Positions 29,725-38,730 of a DNA stretch of 64,000 nt are shown here, piece after piece; position 1 is the stretch's first letter, and the number at the start of each line of letters is the position of its first letter. The stretch comes from an uncultured virus (IMG/VR IMGVR_UViG_3300010885_060749) (lineage: Duplodnaviria > Heunggongvirae > Uroviricota > Caudoviricetes): the IMG/VR virus record IMGVR_UViG_3300010885_060749; one strand, 5' to 3'. The notes under the pieces are model-generated. The model was not told where the DNA came from, ran no database searches, and saw only the letters and a list, made by a program, of their open reading frames with translations. Both the position numbers and the translations under genes were made by a program.

Positions 29725-30814
29725 GCTCCCTCCGCGACTTCTGCAGGGCGGATCCAACAACCTGATGCATGTCGTAGTACTTGTACTCGGCAAGACGACC
29801 ACCGAATATCACGTTTGACTCACTCTCAGCTGCTTCCTTGTACATTCGATAAACCTCATTGTTTTTTTCATCGCCGATTGGATAGTAGGGAGTCGCGTCT
29901 CGACTCCACGCGATCGGGTACTCTCTAGTATAGATCGTGCTTGTCAGCTTATCAAGACGTTCTGGGGTGAAATGCTTGTGCTCAGTGATCCGTGTGTATG
30001 GGATCCCAGCTTCACCGTAGTTGATGATAGCGTTGCCTTGGAAATCACCATCACGGCGTTCCTCCTCAAACCGAAGCGAACGATACTCGAGATCGCCGAA
30101 CTTGTAATTGAAGAACTCGTCAATCTTTCCAGTGTATACGATACGCTTCGCCATCGAGTTCCAACGATCTCTATCCTTAAAGTAATCCTCGTTAAGAGCG
30201 AGATCGCATCCCTGCAGCATCGACTTGAAGATACTGGTGTATCCCTCCTTTGGAATTCCCTGGTACGTATCGTTGAAGTAGTTGTCATCAAAAGTCATCC
30301 TAATCGGAAGACGCTTGATGATCGATGCAGGTAGATCTTTAGGATCGCGCATCCACTGCTTCATCGTGTAGCCTCGAATGAAGATCTCGTAAATTTCAGG
30401 ACCAACTTGGGAGAGGATCCACTCCTCAAGATTACGAGGGTTCTCGCATGGAACACGAACCTCATTCAGCTTTTTGACTGCCTCATCCGGGCTGGTCACT
30501 CCCCACACCTGATGCAGGGTCATCAGGTTGATCGGGAACGAGTACAGCTTGTCCCCGTGCTTGACCTTCGGTCGCAACGTGAAATTGTTGAACTCAGTGA
30601 ATTGATTCATGAACTTCCAGATCCGGTCATCGGATGTATGGAAGATGTGTGGGCCGTACTTGTGAACGTCAATTCCTTCACGACGCTCGCTGTAGCAGTT
30701 TCCGCCGATGTGCTCGCGTTTGTCTATCAGAAGAACCTGCTTGCCCTTACGACGAGCTTCATGAGCAAAAACACTTCCGAAAAGACCGGCGCCAATAATG
30801 AGATAGTCGTACAT
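29717..30814 (-). CDS. glf: UDP-galactopyranose mutase
   Basis: MYDYLIIGAGLFG..FA; HIGGNCY; VHKYGPHIFHT; YQGIP..GY; LEYRSL.F; GRLAEYKYYDMHQVV. Confidence 0.95.
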   Translation of the reverse strand: MYDYLIIGAGLFGSVFAHEARRKGKQVLLIDKREHIGGNCYSERREGIDVHKYGPHIFHTSDDRIWKFMNQFTEFNNFTLRPKVKHGDKLYSFPINLMTLHQVWGVTSPDEAVKKLNEVRVPCENPRNLEEWILSQVGPEIYEIFIRGYTMKQWMRDPKDLPASIIKRLPIRMTFDDNYFNDTYQGIPKEGYTSIFKSMLQGCDLALNEDYFKDRDRWNSMAKRIVYTGKIDEFFNYKFGDLEYRSLRFEEERRDGDFQGNAIINYGEAGIPYTRITEHKHFTPERLDKLTSTIYTREYPIAWSRDATPYYPIGDEKNNEVYRMYKEAAESESNVIFGGRLAEYKYYDMHQVVGSALQKSRRELV

Positions 30815-30819
30815 GGCTT

Positions 30820-30825
30820 ATATTA
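30820..30825 (-). promoter_or_regulatory. Possible sigma70 -10 element (TAATAT) 5 nt before the glf ATG (leaderless-type)
   Basis: TAATAT-aagcc-ATG, no SD. Confidence 0.35.
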
Positions 30826-30860
30826 AACCACGTACGACCACTTTTTAAGCTCCAGATCAG

Positions 30861-31739
30861 CTACTGCTTAAGATAGTCCTCTAGCACAACCTTCGGAGTC
30901 CAGCCGAGCTCCTCACGAGCTCGCATGTTGTTTGCTAGGGTCTCACGAGTCTCTCCGACTCTCTCAGCAACGTAGATACGGTCTCCTCCGATCATAACGG
31001 CGAGATCATTGATAGAGTAGTTTCGACCCGTTCCGATGTTCACTGGACCAGTTACATTCAGCTTCTCTGCTGCTAACAAGTTCGCCTCAACAGCATCGCT
31101 GATGTGTGTGAAATCCCGACGCTGCTTCCCGTCACCCACGATCGTCATCGGTTGTCCAGCTTCCTTCTGTCGTTTGAACAGGCCCATAACTGGTGCGTAC
31201 TCACCCTTCAGAGGTTCACGAGGACCGTAGACATTGAAGTATCGCAGAGACACAGTCGAAAGACCGTACAACTTGGTGTAAAGATCGCAGACTTCTTCAC
31301 CCTGCCATTTGGAAAGAGAATACGGGGTAGCGCAACCCTTTGGAGCATACTCAAGAAACGGTGGCAGCGATGCATGACCGTAGTAGGAAGATGAAGCTGA
31401 GTAAACAACTCTCTTCACGCCTGCTAACCTGCTGAGCTCCAGCACGCGCTGTGTTCCAAGAACATTGACAGAGAAACATTCCGAAGGATTGTTAACGGTC
31501 GGTTGGATCCTGGATCGAGCAGCAAGATGAAACACAACGTCAACGCCATGATAAACGCTCTCGTCAAGATTGCGAATATCAGCGTTGATATTTGTCGCTG
31601 CATCATTCCAGTAGAATATCTGATTCTGAGGAGCAGACTTATCGTCAACGCAAATGACCTCATCACCGCGTGCGATTAGAGCATCAACCACATGGGAGCC
31701 GATGAATCCAGCTCCACCCGTTACAAGCGCTTTCATCAC
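30861..31739 (-). CDS. NAD-dependent nucleotide-sugar epimerase/dehydratase (extended SDR)
   Basis: VTGGAGFIGSH; FHLAA; PYSLSK; LRYFNVYGP; GDGKQRRDFTH. Confidence 0.92.
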   Translation of the reverse strand: MMKALVTGGAGFIGSHVVDALIARGDEVICVDDKSAPQNQIFYWNDAATNINADIRNLDESVYHGVDVVFHLAARSRIQPTVNNPSECFSVNVLGTQRVLELSRLAGVKRVVYSASSSYYGHASLPPFLEYAPKGCATPYSLSKWQGEEVCDLYTKLYGLSTVSLRYFNVYGPREPLKGEYAPVMGLFKRQKEAGQPMTIVGDGKQRRDFTHISDAVEANLLAAEKLNVTGPVNIGTGRNYSINDLAVMIGGDRIYVAERVGETRETLANNMRAREELGWTPKVVLEDYLKQ

Positions 31740-32707
31740 TGCCTCCGCTTGCTGACTGCGCGACCGACCTGCTTCTCCCAGTCGCGATCATCAGGACCAC
31801 GAACCTCGAGATTCTTATCCCATGCAGCCTGCATAACAGTCGGATCAATGTCGTACTTACGAGCAACGCTCATGAGCGCGTTGATGTCTTTCGGGAAGCA
31901 GTGACCACCAAAACCTCGGACGTAACGACCATCATGCGTCGGGACGGGACCAGGAACGGACCAGTGCGTCTCACCGAGACGACGATCAACCTTGGCATAC
32001 TCGACCACCTTGTCGTAATCGATGTTGAGACCATCAGCATCAAGAGCCTCGCAAACCTGCGCGATCTCATTCGCAAACGAGACCTTCACTGCAAGCATGC
32101 AGTTTGTCACGTACTTCACCATCTCCGCAGTGGTGGAGCTCGTCTTGATGATGGGAATCTTCGGAAACGCACGCTGGAATACGTTTCGGACGGTATTGAT
32201 ATGCGGACGAGGTCCACCGAGAACAATTCGATTCTGCTCGCGCATGTCATTCACAGCGTTTGCCTCAGTCAGAAACTCGGGATTGAACACGACGTGGAGA
32301 CCACGATCGTTGAACATCTTGTTCCAACACTCAGTCGAACCCGGTGGAACAGTTGACTTGATAACTGCAATTCGCTGAGGAGAGTCAGAGGAGTACGGAG
32401 CCTCGCAAACAAGCTCAAGAACGTCCTCTACAATTGAGACGTCGGGAGAACCGTCCTCATACATAGGAGTTGGGACGCATAAGAAAAACACCCCCGAGAA
32501 TCCAGACTTTCCTTCACACTGCTGAACAAACTCAGCGATAGATCCAGGGTAAAGAACTTTGGTCGAGTTGCTCTGCTTAAATCCGTTGATTCCGCCGGTT
32601 GCAAGCTTCCCAGCCTTGTCATACACGAAAACTGTCTCACCACGTTCGGAAAAAACGGTCGTAAGACTTCCACCGACAAATCCTTGACCAATTACGCCAA
32701 TGCTCAT
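31736..32707 (-). CDS. UDP-glucose/GDP-mannose dehydrogenase family, lacking C-terminal domain
   Basis: GQGFVG; CVPTP; IKSTVPPG; FNPEFL; AEMVKY..N..LA.KVSFANE; GFGGHCFPKD. Confidence 0.9.
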   Translation of the reverse strand: MSIGVIGQGFVGGSLTTVFSERGETVFVYDKAGKLATGGINGFKQSNSTKVLYPGSIAEFVQQCEGKSGFSGVFFLCVPTPMYEDGSPDVSIVEDVLELVCEAPYSSDSPQRIAVIKSTVPPGSTECWNKMFNDRGLHVVFNPEFLTEANAVNDMREQNRIVLGGPRPHINTVRNVFQRAFPKIPIIKTSSTTAEMVKYVTNCMLAVKVSFANEIAQVCEALDADGLNIDYDKVVEYAKVDRRLGETHWSVPGPVPTHDGRYVRGFGGHCFPKDINALMSVARKYDIDPTVMQAAWDKNLEVRGPDDRDWEKQVGRAVSKRRQ

Positions 32708-32749
32708 TTTGACTCCATGCTCAAATACTAGATCAGAAAATGAGCTTTT

Positions 32750-33115
32750 TCAATCTCCCTTTTTCAGACGAATAGAATCTTCTTCAAAGTGCTGAGTTGA
32801 AACCTCTAGCAGCTCTGAGTCTTCAATTGCTATCATCTGGTGTCTCATTCCAGTTGTGACATGAAAAACGTCACCCTTCTCAAGCATTAGAGTTTGAGCT
32901 TCCTGAAGGTCATCGCCATGAGAAACTTTAAGCTCTAACTTTCCGCTAAGAAGATAGAAAACTTCATCTTTGATGTTGTGATAGTGCCAGCTGCACCTCT
33001 TACCAGCCTCAAAGCGAAGAATTTTCCCGCAGTACTTTTCAGAGTTAGCGACCCACTCTTCGTGTCCCCAGCCCTTCTTGTGAAATTCGCCCTTACTCTT
33101 TGAAAAAGTTAACAT
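32750..33115 (-). CDS. Cupin, sugar-phosphate isomerase-like
   Basis: KKGWGHEEW...YCGKIL; SWHYH..KDE.FY; ATG at 33115 after AAGGAG. Confidence 0.8.
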   Translation of the reverse strand: MLTFSKSKGEFHKKGWGHEEWVANSEKYCGKILRFEAGKRCSWHYHNIKDEVFYLLSGKLELKVSHGDDLQEAQTLMLEKGDVFHVTTGMRHQMIAIEDSELLEVSTQHFEEDSIRLKKGD

Positions 33116-33416
33116 CTGATTCTCCTTTGTCGTCAATGTAAATGTCAGCGGAAGGCTTGCCAAGAATTAGATCATGAAATTTCACGCCCCAGTCGCTCAA
33201 TTGCTTTCTTGTCAAATCTTCAAACATGCTTTTAACTTTCGAAACGTCGCCGCCAGTTCTTCCCATACCTCTAGCAGTGAATATTGTAATGTGATTTCCG
33301 GATTCGAAAAGCTCATTCACTTTTGATATTCTCTTAAGATTTGGAACTGCCAGAGCGTAGTTACCCTCAGTGTTGTTACAAAGAGTTCCATCTAAATCAA
33401 AGACAATTCTCATCAA
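33093..33416 (-). CDS. Small HAD-superfamily phosphatase (capsule-biosynthesis type)
   Basis: FDLDGT; FTARG; GKP.ADIYIDDK. Confidence 0.85.
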   Translation of the reverse strand: MMRIVFDLDGTLCNNTEGNYALAVPNLKRISKVNELFESGNHITIFTARGMGRTGGDVSKVKSMFEDLTRKQLSDWGVKFHDLILGKPSADIYIDDKGESDVNFFKE

Positions 33417-33786
33417 TTATCCTCGTACTTGAAAGATCTTTGATCCTATCAAAGAATTTTACGTCAACAATTTCGCTTCCAATCACTCTCTTATTTTGAT
33501 AGTCCGAACCCACCACTATCAATTTAGCTCCTGACTCTTTGATCCTCTGGATCAACTCTTCATCGCTTGAGAAGCGAACGACCTCATCAACAAACTTCAA
33601 CGAGGAGATAACTTTCATCCTCTGCTGCAAGCAATGAATGGGTCTGTTTTCTCCTTTTGACTTTTTCACACGTTCGTCAGTGTCAAGACCTACAACAAGT
33701 CTGTCGCCCAGGCTGCGAGCGTATTGCAGCATTTCAACATGACCAGCGTGTATGAAATCAAAGCATCCGTTAGTCCAGACGGTCAT
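33397..33786 (-). CDS. Cytidylyltransferase-family nucleotidyltransferase (RfaE domain II / HldC-like)
   Basis: TNGCFDFIHAGH; GDRLVVGLDTD; KG..RPI; SSTRII. Confidence 0.85.
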   Translation of the reverse strand: MTVWTNGCFDFIHAGHVEMLQYARSLGDRLVVGLDTDERVKKSKGENRPIHCLQQRMKVISSLKFVDEVVRFSSDEELIQRIKESGAKLIVVGSDYQNKRVIGSEIVDVKFFDRIKDLSSTRIIDENCL

Positions 33787-34534
33787 TTGGCGTTGAGACT
33801 CCTCGCTTCTGAACGACTTTTGTTGCGCAATCATTAGCAAACTTTAAGCATTCTGGAAGATCTTTTCCTGCCAAAATTTGAACTGCAAGAGCTGAGATAA
33901 ACGTGTCACCCGCGCCCGCAACGTCCTTAACGCTTACGCTATCAACGCTGAATTTCTGACATTGAAAAATGCATCCGTCTTTCCCAAGGGTGACAATAAG
34001 CTTTTTCGAAAGTCTTTCGCTGATAACTGACTTTGTCTTAGAGTACTCGTCTCCGTTTATCTTAACGTATTTGACGTACTCGCACCAGTCACCAAGAATC
34101 TTTTTGCTATCGAGGAGCACGACATTATTCCTGGACGATATCTTGATGATATCGCTTTCCAATAAAAAGCCCTTATTGTAATCTGACAGAATTACAACGT
34201 CATATTCTGAGACTTTCTCTAGCATCTCATCCGTGATTGCAATCCGACTGAATGCTTTATCATTGCAATCGACTCTAAGAAACATATGATTGGTTCTATC
34301 ATCAATGTATCTGGTCTTTGTGATGCTTTCCCAATTTTCATTGGTCCAGATATCGCAATCCACTCCAAGAGAGTTCACATTGCGCTTAACATTCATAGCC
34401 ATCCCTGGATTCTCCGTCCTTGAAACTTCAAGGAACACAGGAGCAGGCGCTTCAGGTGCTAACCTGTTCGAGACTCCATAGACAAAAATGTCCTGGCAAG
34501 ATTCACCGACAACCAGAACTTTACGATTAGACAT
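33770..34534 (-). CDS. PfkB-family sugar kinase (RfaE domain I / HldA-like)
   Basis: RLAPEAPAPV; TKTRY; ILSDYNKGFL; DVAGAGDTF. Confidence 0.88.
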   Translation of the reverse strand: MSNRKVLVVGESCQDIFVYGVSNRLAPEAPAPVFLEVSRTENPGMAMNVKRNVNSLGVDCDIWTNENWESITKTRYIDDRTNHMFLRVDCNDKAFSRIAITDEMLEKVSEYDVVILSDYNKGFLLESDIIKISSRNNVVLLDSKKILGDWCEYVKYVKINGDEYSKTKSVISERLSKKLIVTLGKDGCIFQCQKFSVDSVSVKDVAGAGDTFISALAVQILAGKDLPECLKFANDCATKVVQKRGVSTPNDRLD

Positions 34535-34537
34535 CAG

Positions 34538-35554
34538 TTACCTCACAATGAAATTTTCTTCGGAGGATACTCTATCTCTCCAATAGTTGAGCAGATCATT
34601 CATAGTTTTCTCAAAACTGATCTGCGGCTCCCATCCAGTATGGCTCTTGAACTTACGTGTGTCAGGTATCTGGAGATCGGCGTCAATGGGTCGTAGCCTC
34701 TCAGGATCAACTTCAACTTTGATATCCTTTCGCGTTGAGATGCTAAGAAGATAATCAAGCGTCTGCCTTACCGTGCAAGTGTAAGAACCACCAATATTAT
34801 AGTACTCACCAGCGATCGGATCCTTAGTCACAAGAGTATGATAAGCCCTAACAGCGTCTCTTACGTCTGACCATGTTCTAAGAGAATCAAGGTTACCAAC
34901 TTTTAGAACAGGTGGAATCTTACCTGCCTCAATAAGAGCGATCTGCTTCGCAAATGATGACTCTGCAAAAACGTCACCACGACGAGGACCAGTATGAGTG
35001 AACATCCTTGTTGTCATAACCTTCATACCGTAGGCTTCAGCGTAGAATCTACCGATAAGATCAGTCCCAACTTTGGATATCGCGTAGGGAGAAGCAGGAT
35101 GAAAATTAACATCCTCGTGAATCGGTAGCTTCTCAGCAGGAACTCTTCCAAACACCTCGGAGCTTGCGCAAACATGAATCACGGTATTTTCGAGATTTGT
35201 CTTTGAAACTCTCACAGCTTCAAGCAACGCGCAAGTTCCCATGATGTTAGTCTGAAGCGTCTCCAGCGGAGAATCGAAACTCGTCTTCGGATAACTCTGG
35301 GCTGCCAGGTGAAAGATAAAGTCAGGTTGAACCTTATTCACAAGCGAGATCAAGCTTGCGAAATCATTCAGGTCGGCGTTATGAAGAAAGACACGATCTC
35401 TCTCGTTGATCCTACTTGCAAGATGATCGATGTTTTTCGTGCTATCAGCCCATCTCGTCATTCCATGAACATCCCAGTCGGTGTTCTCGAGAAGATGATC
35501 TGCCAGATGAGAACCGACCATGCCCGTTATTCCTGTAATCAATGCTCTTTTCAC
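34538..35554 (-). CDS. wcbK: GDP-sugar 4,6-dehydratase, WcbK/DmhA (GDP-manno-heptose) type
   Basis: ITGITGMVGSHLAD.LLENTDW; HLAAQSYPKTSFDSPL; PYAISKVGTD; TRMFTHTGPRRGDVF; RLRPIDADLQ match the WcbK/DmhA subfamily as I recall it, not ordinary Gmd. Confidence 0.85.
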   Translation of the reverse strand: MKRALITGITGMVGSHLADHLLENTDWDVHGMTRWADSTKNIDHLASRINERDRVFLHNADLNDFASLISLVNKVQPDFIFHLAAQSYPKTSFDSPLETLQTNIMGTCALLEAVRVSKTNLENTVIHVCASSEVFGRVPAEKLPIHEDVNFHPASPYAISKVGTDLIGRFYAEAYGMKVMTTRMFTHTGPRRGDVFAESSFAKQIALIEAGKIPPVLKVGNLDSLRTWSDVRDAVRAYHTLVTKDPIAGEYYNIGGSYTCTVRQTLDYLLSISTRKDIKVEVDPERLRPIDADLQIPDTRKFKSHTGWEPQISFEKTMNDLLNYWRDRVSSEENFIVR

Positions 35555-35566
35555 GTTGTCTCCAGT

Positions 35567-36298
35567 TCAGACAATTTTAGATGAATTCGGTGAATCGTAA
35601 CGATCGAGCAACTCTCTCTTGGCAGTCCATCCAGGCCAGAATGGATCTCCTTCGTTGATATAAACGAAATACATCGTTCGACGCCAGCGGGTCGGATGCT
35701 GATTCTTATTCGCTTTGTGGATAAGATGACCGTGCACGCAGAGAACGTCTCCTTTCTCGTATTTTAGCTGAAGAACGGGGAGATCCTTTGGAATTTCACA
35801 GTTGTTTCCGATCGGAGCTGAATTATACAGCCTTCCTGATTCGTCAACAGAAAAGTTGGCTTTCGGATTACACGGCAGATCGCCCAGCTTGTGACTTCCA
35901 GGTATGATCATAAGAGAACCGTTCTCTTCGTCAGCGTCGTCAAGAGAAAGCGTTAAATTAAGGTAAGATCCGAACGGAGCTTTACCGGCGTAATTGTCCT
36001 GATGCCAGGTTGAACCGTTTTCCAAAGAGTTGTTAGGCTTGCAGAAGAAAAAGATGCTTCCTATTGGAATCGCTCGATTCTTTAAGATGCTATCTCCGAT
36101 ATCACACATCTTCTTACCGGTATGAATCTTGCTAAAGACTTCATTCTTGTGCATATCAAGATAGTTCGTGTAGAAACCATTTGCGTGTTTTTCTGACGCA
36201 TCGATGGCTTCCTGACACTCTTCATCTGAAAAGACCTTCTTCAAATGAAGGTAACCGTTTTCTTTAAAGAAGCTGATCTGTGAATCAGTGAGCTGCAT
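35567..36298 (-). CDS. 2OG-Fe(II) dioxygenase, PhyH family
   Basis: LT..Q..FF.ENGY; WHQD; ENGSL..IPGSH; GDV...H..LIH. Confidence 0.88.
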   Translation of the reverse strand: MQLTDSQISFFKENGYLHLKKVFSDEECQEAIDASEKHANGFYTNYLDMHKNEVFSKIHTGKKMCDIGDSILKNRAIPIGSIFFFCKPNNSLENGSTWHQDNYAGKAPFGSYLNLTLSLDDADEENGSLMIIPGSHKLGDLPCNPKANFSVDESGRLYNSAPIGNNCEIPKDLPVLQLKYEKGDVLCVHGHLIHKANKNQHPTRWRRTMYFVYINEGDPFWPGWTAKRELLDRYDSPNSSKIV

Positions 36299-37263
36299 CA
36301 GCGTGCCACATTCTTCCTATACCACAGCAACGTTTTGATGATACCCTCATCAAGAGAATGAGACGGAGACCAGCCAAGTACTCTCTTAGCTTTAGAGCAA
36401 TCGAGGAAAAGAGAGGTAGGTATCGTGGGCTGTGACAGATCGTGAACAATCTGAAGGTCTCGGCCTGAGTGATCGACAATCTTTCGAACGAGATCCTTTA
36501 TCTTGATCCCTTCTCCCAAGCCAACGTTAAACAGCTCGAACTTGCTCTCCTGCTTGTCAATTGCATCATTGACAAATCCAACAAGATCTTCAACAAAAAG
36601 AAGATCCCGAGCTTCCTCGCCAGTCCCCCAAACGTTAATCTTGCCATCCGCAGACGTCATGACCTTGGTCACCGTTGCTCCAAACACATGTGACTTCTCA
36701 AGATCATACTTGTCATGAGGACCGTACATGTTGGAGTGACGAATGACGGTGTGCTTTGTCGACCCAATTCGTGAGTAAAACTCGCACATCTTCTCAAGAT
36801 AAACTTTCGTGTTTCCTGCTCCGAAATAGAACGGAAGAATTTCGTCGGAAGGATTGAAGTCATCTTCCTTTATCGCAGTTTCAGACTTCTGATACATGAT
36901 AGTGCAGCTAGGGAACACAAAATGCTCGATCTTCTTCTCGAATGCTTCCCTAAGAAGAAGAGAGTTCATAACAGCGTTGTCTGTTACGTGTATGTAGGGC
37001 TTTGAGACGATGTCCCTCGCTCCCGTTGTGGTAGCTGCAAACTGCAGAACAATATCAACTCCAGACAGAGCGCTTGAAACGTGTTCAGGATTTCTTAGAT
37101 CGCAGTTGATCCACTCGACCCCATCGTAACCTTCAACTGCAGGTCTGCGAAAGTGAGTGGCTCTTATGTTGTACTTTCCCTGCTTATAATAGAAATCAAG
37201 CAGATTTCTTCCAATAAACCCAGTCGCGCCGCAAATCAGTATCTTCTTCTTATTTTCTACCAT
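36298..37263 (-). CDS. NAD(P)-dependent epimerase/reductase, GDP-fucose-synthase-like
   Basis: GATGFIG; YFGAGNTK; NMYGPHD.YD..KSHV; VWGTGEE.RDLLFVED. Confidence 0.85.
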   Translation of the reverse strand: MVENKKKILICGATGFIGRNLLDFYYKQGKYNIRATHFRRPAVEGYDGVEWINCDLRNPEHVSSALSGVDIVLQFAATTTGARDIVSKPYIHVTDNAVMNSLLLREAFEKKIEHFVFPSCTIMYQKSETAIKEDDFNPSDEILPFYFGAGNTKVYLEKMCEFYSRIGSTKHTVIRHSNMYGPHDKYDLEKSHVFGATVTKVMTSADGKINVWGTGEEARDLLFVEDLVGFVNDAIDKQESKFELFNVGLGEGIKIKDLVRKIVDHSGRDLQIVHDLSQPTIPTSLFLDCSKAKRVLGWSPSHSLDEGIIKTLLWYRKNVAR

Positions 37264-37828
37264 CTAGAATGAGCTCCCGATCTCTTTTTACGAATGAATC
37301 ATACACTCTGTCTATCACGAAGTTTATGTCCATTGCGTTTTGTCTGTCGGGAGTAGTTTTTATGTTTGTAGGGTAGACATCGAGAACGTTCAAATTGTTG
37401 TTCTCTGACTTTAAGCTTTGCGAAAATCCTCTTAAACCCCACTTGGTAGCTGAGTACAGGGTCCTATTAGCTTTGATCTCAAGCCCGACCATAGAGTTGA
37501 TGTTAATCACGTCCGATAGGTTTGGAAGAAGCTCATATGTCAAGACTACCGGAGCCGTAAGATTAACGGCAATCATGCTCTGAATCTCTGAGAGATTGTA
37601 ATCTTCTAATTTCTTTCCTGGGCATGTGATTGCAGCGTTGTTTACAAGAATTTTGACTCCCTGCGAACGAGCTTCACGTGCTAAAGACTCGACCTCTTCT
37701 ATTTTGGAGAGATCGAAATGCTTCCGTCCTTCATGACGAAAAACTTCATGACCCTCTCTTTCGAATTTTGAAGAAAGGTAAACTCCAAGACCTGAGCTAG
37801 CTCCGGTTATAAAAACTTTTGATTTCAT
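37250..37828 (-). CDS. Short classical SDR oxidoreductase
   Basis: ITGASSGLG; LVNNAA; YSATKWGL. Confidence 0.88.
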   Translation of the reverse strand: MKSKVFITGASSGLGVYLSSKFEREGHEVFRHEGRKHFDLSKIEEVESLAREARSQGVKILVNNAAITCPGKKLEDYNLSEIQSMIAVNLTAPVVLTYELLPNLSDVININSMVGLEIKANRTLYSATKWGLRGFSQSLKSENNNLNVLDVYPTNIKTTPDRQNAMDINFVIDRVYDSFVKRDRELILDGRK

Positions 37829-38730
37829 CTCATCAACTCTCTTATTGTTTTTTCGTGATATCCAAAATCTGAACCCGGTCTAAATTCAGCTTTTCTGATT
37901 CCATCACCCCGAAAAACTGGAACCCCATCGATCAACTTCCACTCAAAATCTCTAACAAGAATTAACCTGACATCTATCGATATCTTAGTTGTTAGATCTC
38001 GTTGTGATCTGTGAGCTGCAGCGTGTATGCATCTCGAATCGAACATCAGAATCGAGTTGTAGATATCGGAAGCTTCGGATGCGTTCTTGTATCCAAGAGA
38101 CATGAAGTTCTTATCTCCACTAAAGCAGATCGACTTCCAGATCTCTCTGTCAAACTCAAGCTCCGAAAACCATCTTTTTGATGACTCAAAATTCTGAACC
38201 CAGAAATCTGAACGATCATTGTCAGTAATGCCGAACCAGATATTATACTCTCTGGGGTTGTGACCCAGGAAGCAATCTGAGTGCCAGGCTGGTAAACTAA
38301 GATTACCTTCCGCACCGGGAGCGTGAAATCTGACCGTTGGTATCTTCTGAAAGAAGAAATCTTCTTTTATCACTTCATCATGAATCCACTTCATGAACTG
38401 ATGATATAGGTTCTCTTGCTCTGCAATAAAATCGAACACGATGTCGGCGATTATAGGACGTGAGTTGTTGTTTTGCCCCACGGTCTGATATTCAAGATAC
38501 TTTTGTTCAATCGTAGAATGTAATTGCCTGAGATCAGAATCAGATGACTCGCAGATTCCTTTGCTAACAAGAAATTTAGCAAGTTTATCGTGGAATATCT
38601 TGTTCCAGTGCTTGCTTTTAGAAGTTTGAACGTAAGCTATGTCACTTCCGAAAGTCTTTTGAAAGCTGCTTGTCTTGTCGTACTCGCTCTCTAAAAACTC
38701 TCTTAGCTTAAGACTTGTTGAGCTTTCCAT
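37825..38730 (-). CDS. 2OG-Fe(II) oxygenase, StrG-like
   Basis: FQKIPTVRFH.P; WHSD...GH...EYNIW; CIHAA; ISIDVRL. Confidence 0.7.
   Translation of the reverse strand: MESSTSLKLREFLESEYDKTSSFQKTFGSDIAYVQTSKSKHWNKIFHDKLAKFLVSKGICESSDSDLRQLHSTIEQKYLEYQTVGQNNNSRPIIADIVFDFIAEQENLYHQFMKWIHDEVIKEDFFFQKIPTVRFHAPGAEGNLSLPAWHSDCFLGHNPREYNIWFGITDNDRSDFWVQNFESSKRWFSELEFDREIWKSICFSGDKNFMSLGYKNASEASDIYNSILMFDSRCIHAAAHRSQRDLTTKISIDVRLILVRDFEWKLIDGVPVFRGDGIRKAEFRPGSDFGYHEKTIRELMR

Noticed and set aside
35567..38730. TET/JBP-type DNA hypermodification oxygenases
   Set aside because: Motifs fit the PhyH and StrG-like families, and no DNA methylase or hydroxymethylase is adjacent; DNA as acceptor is not fully excluded
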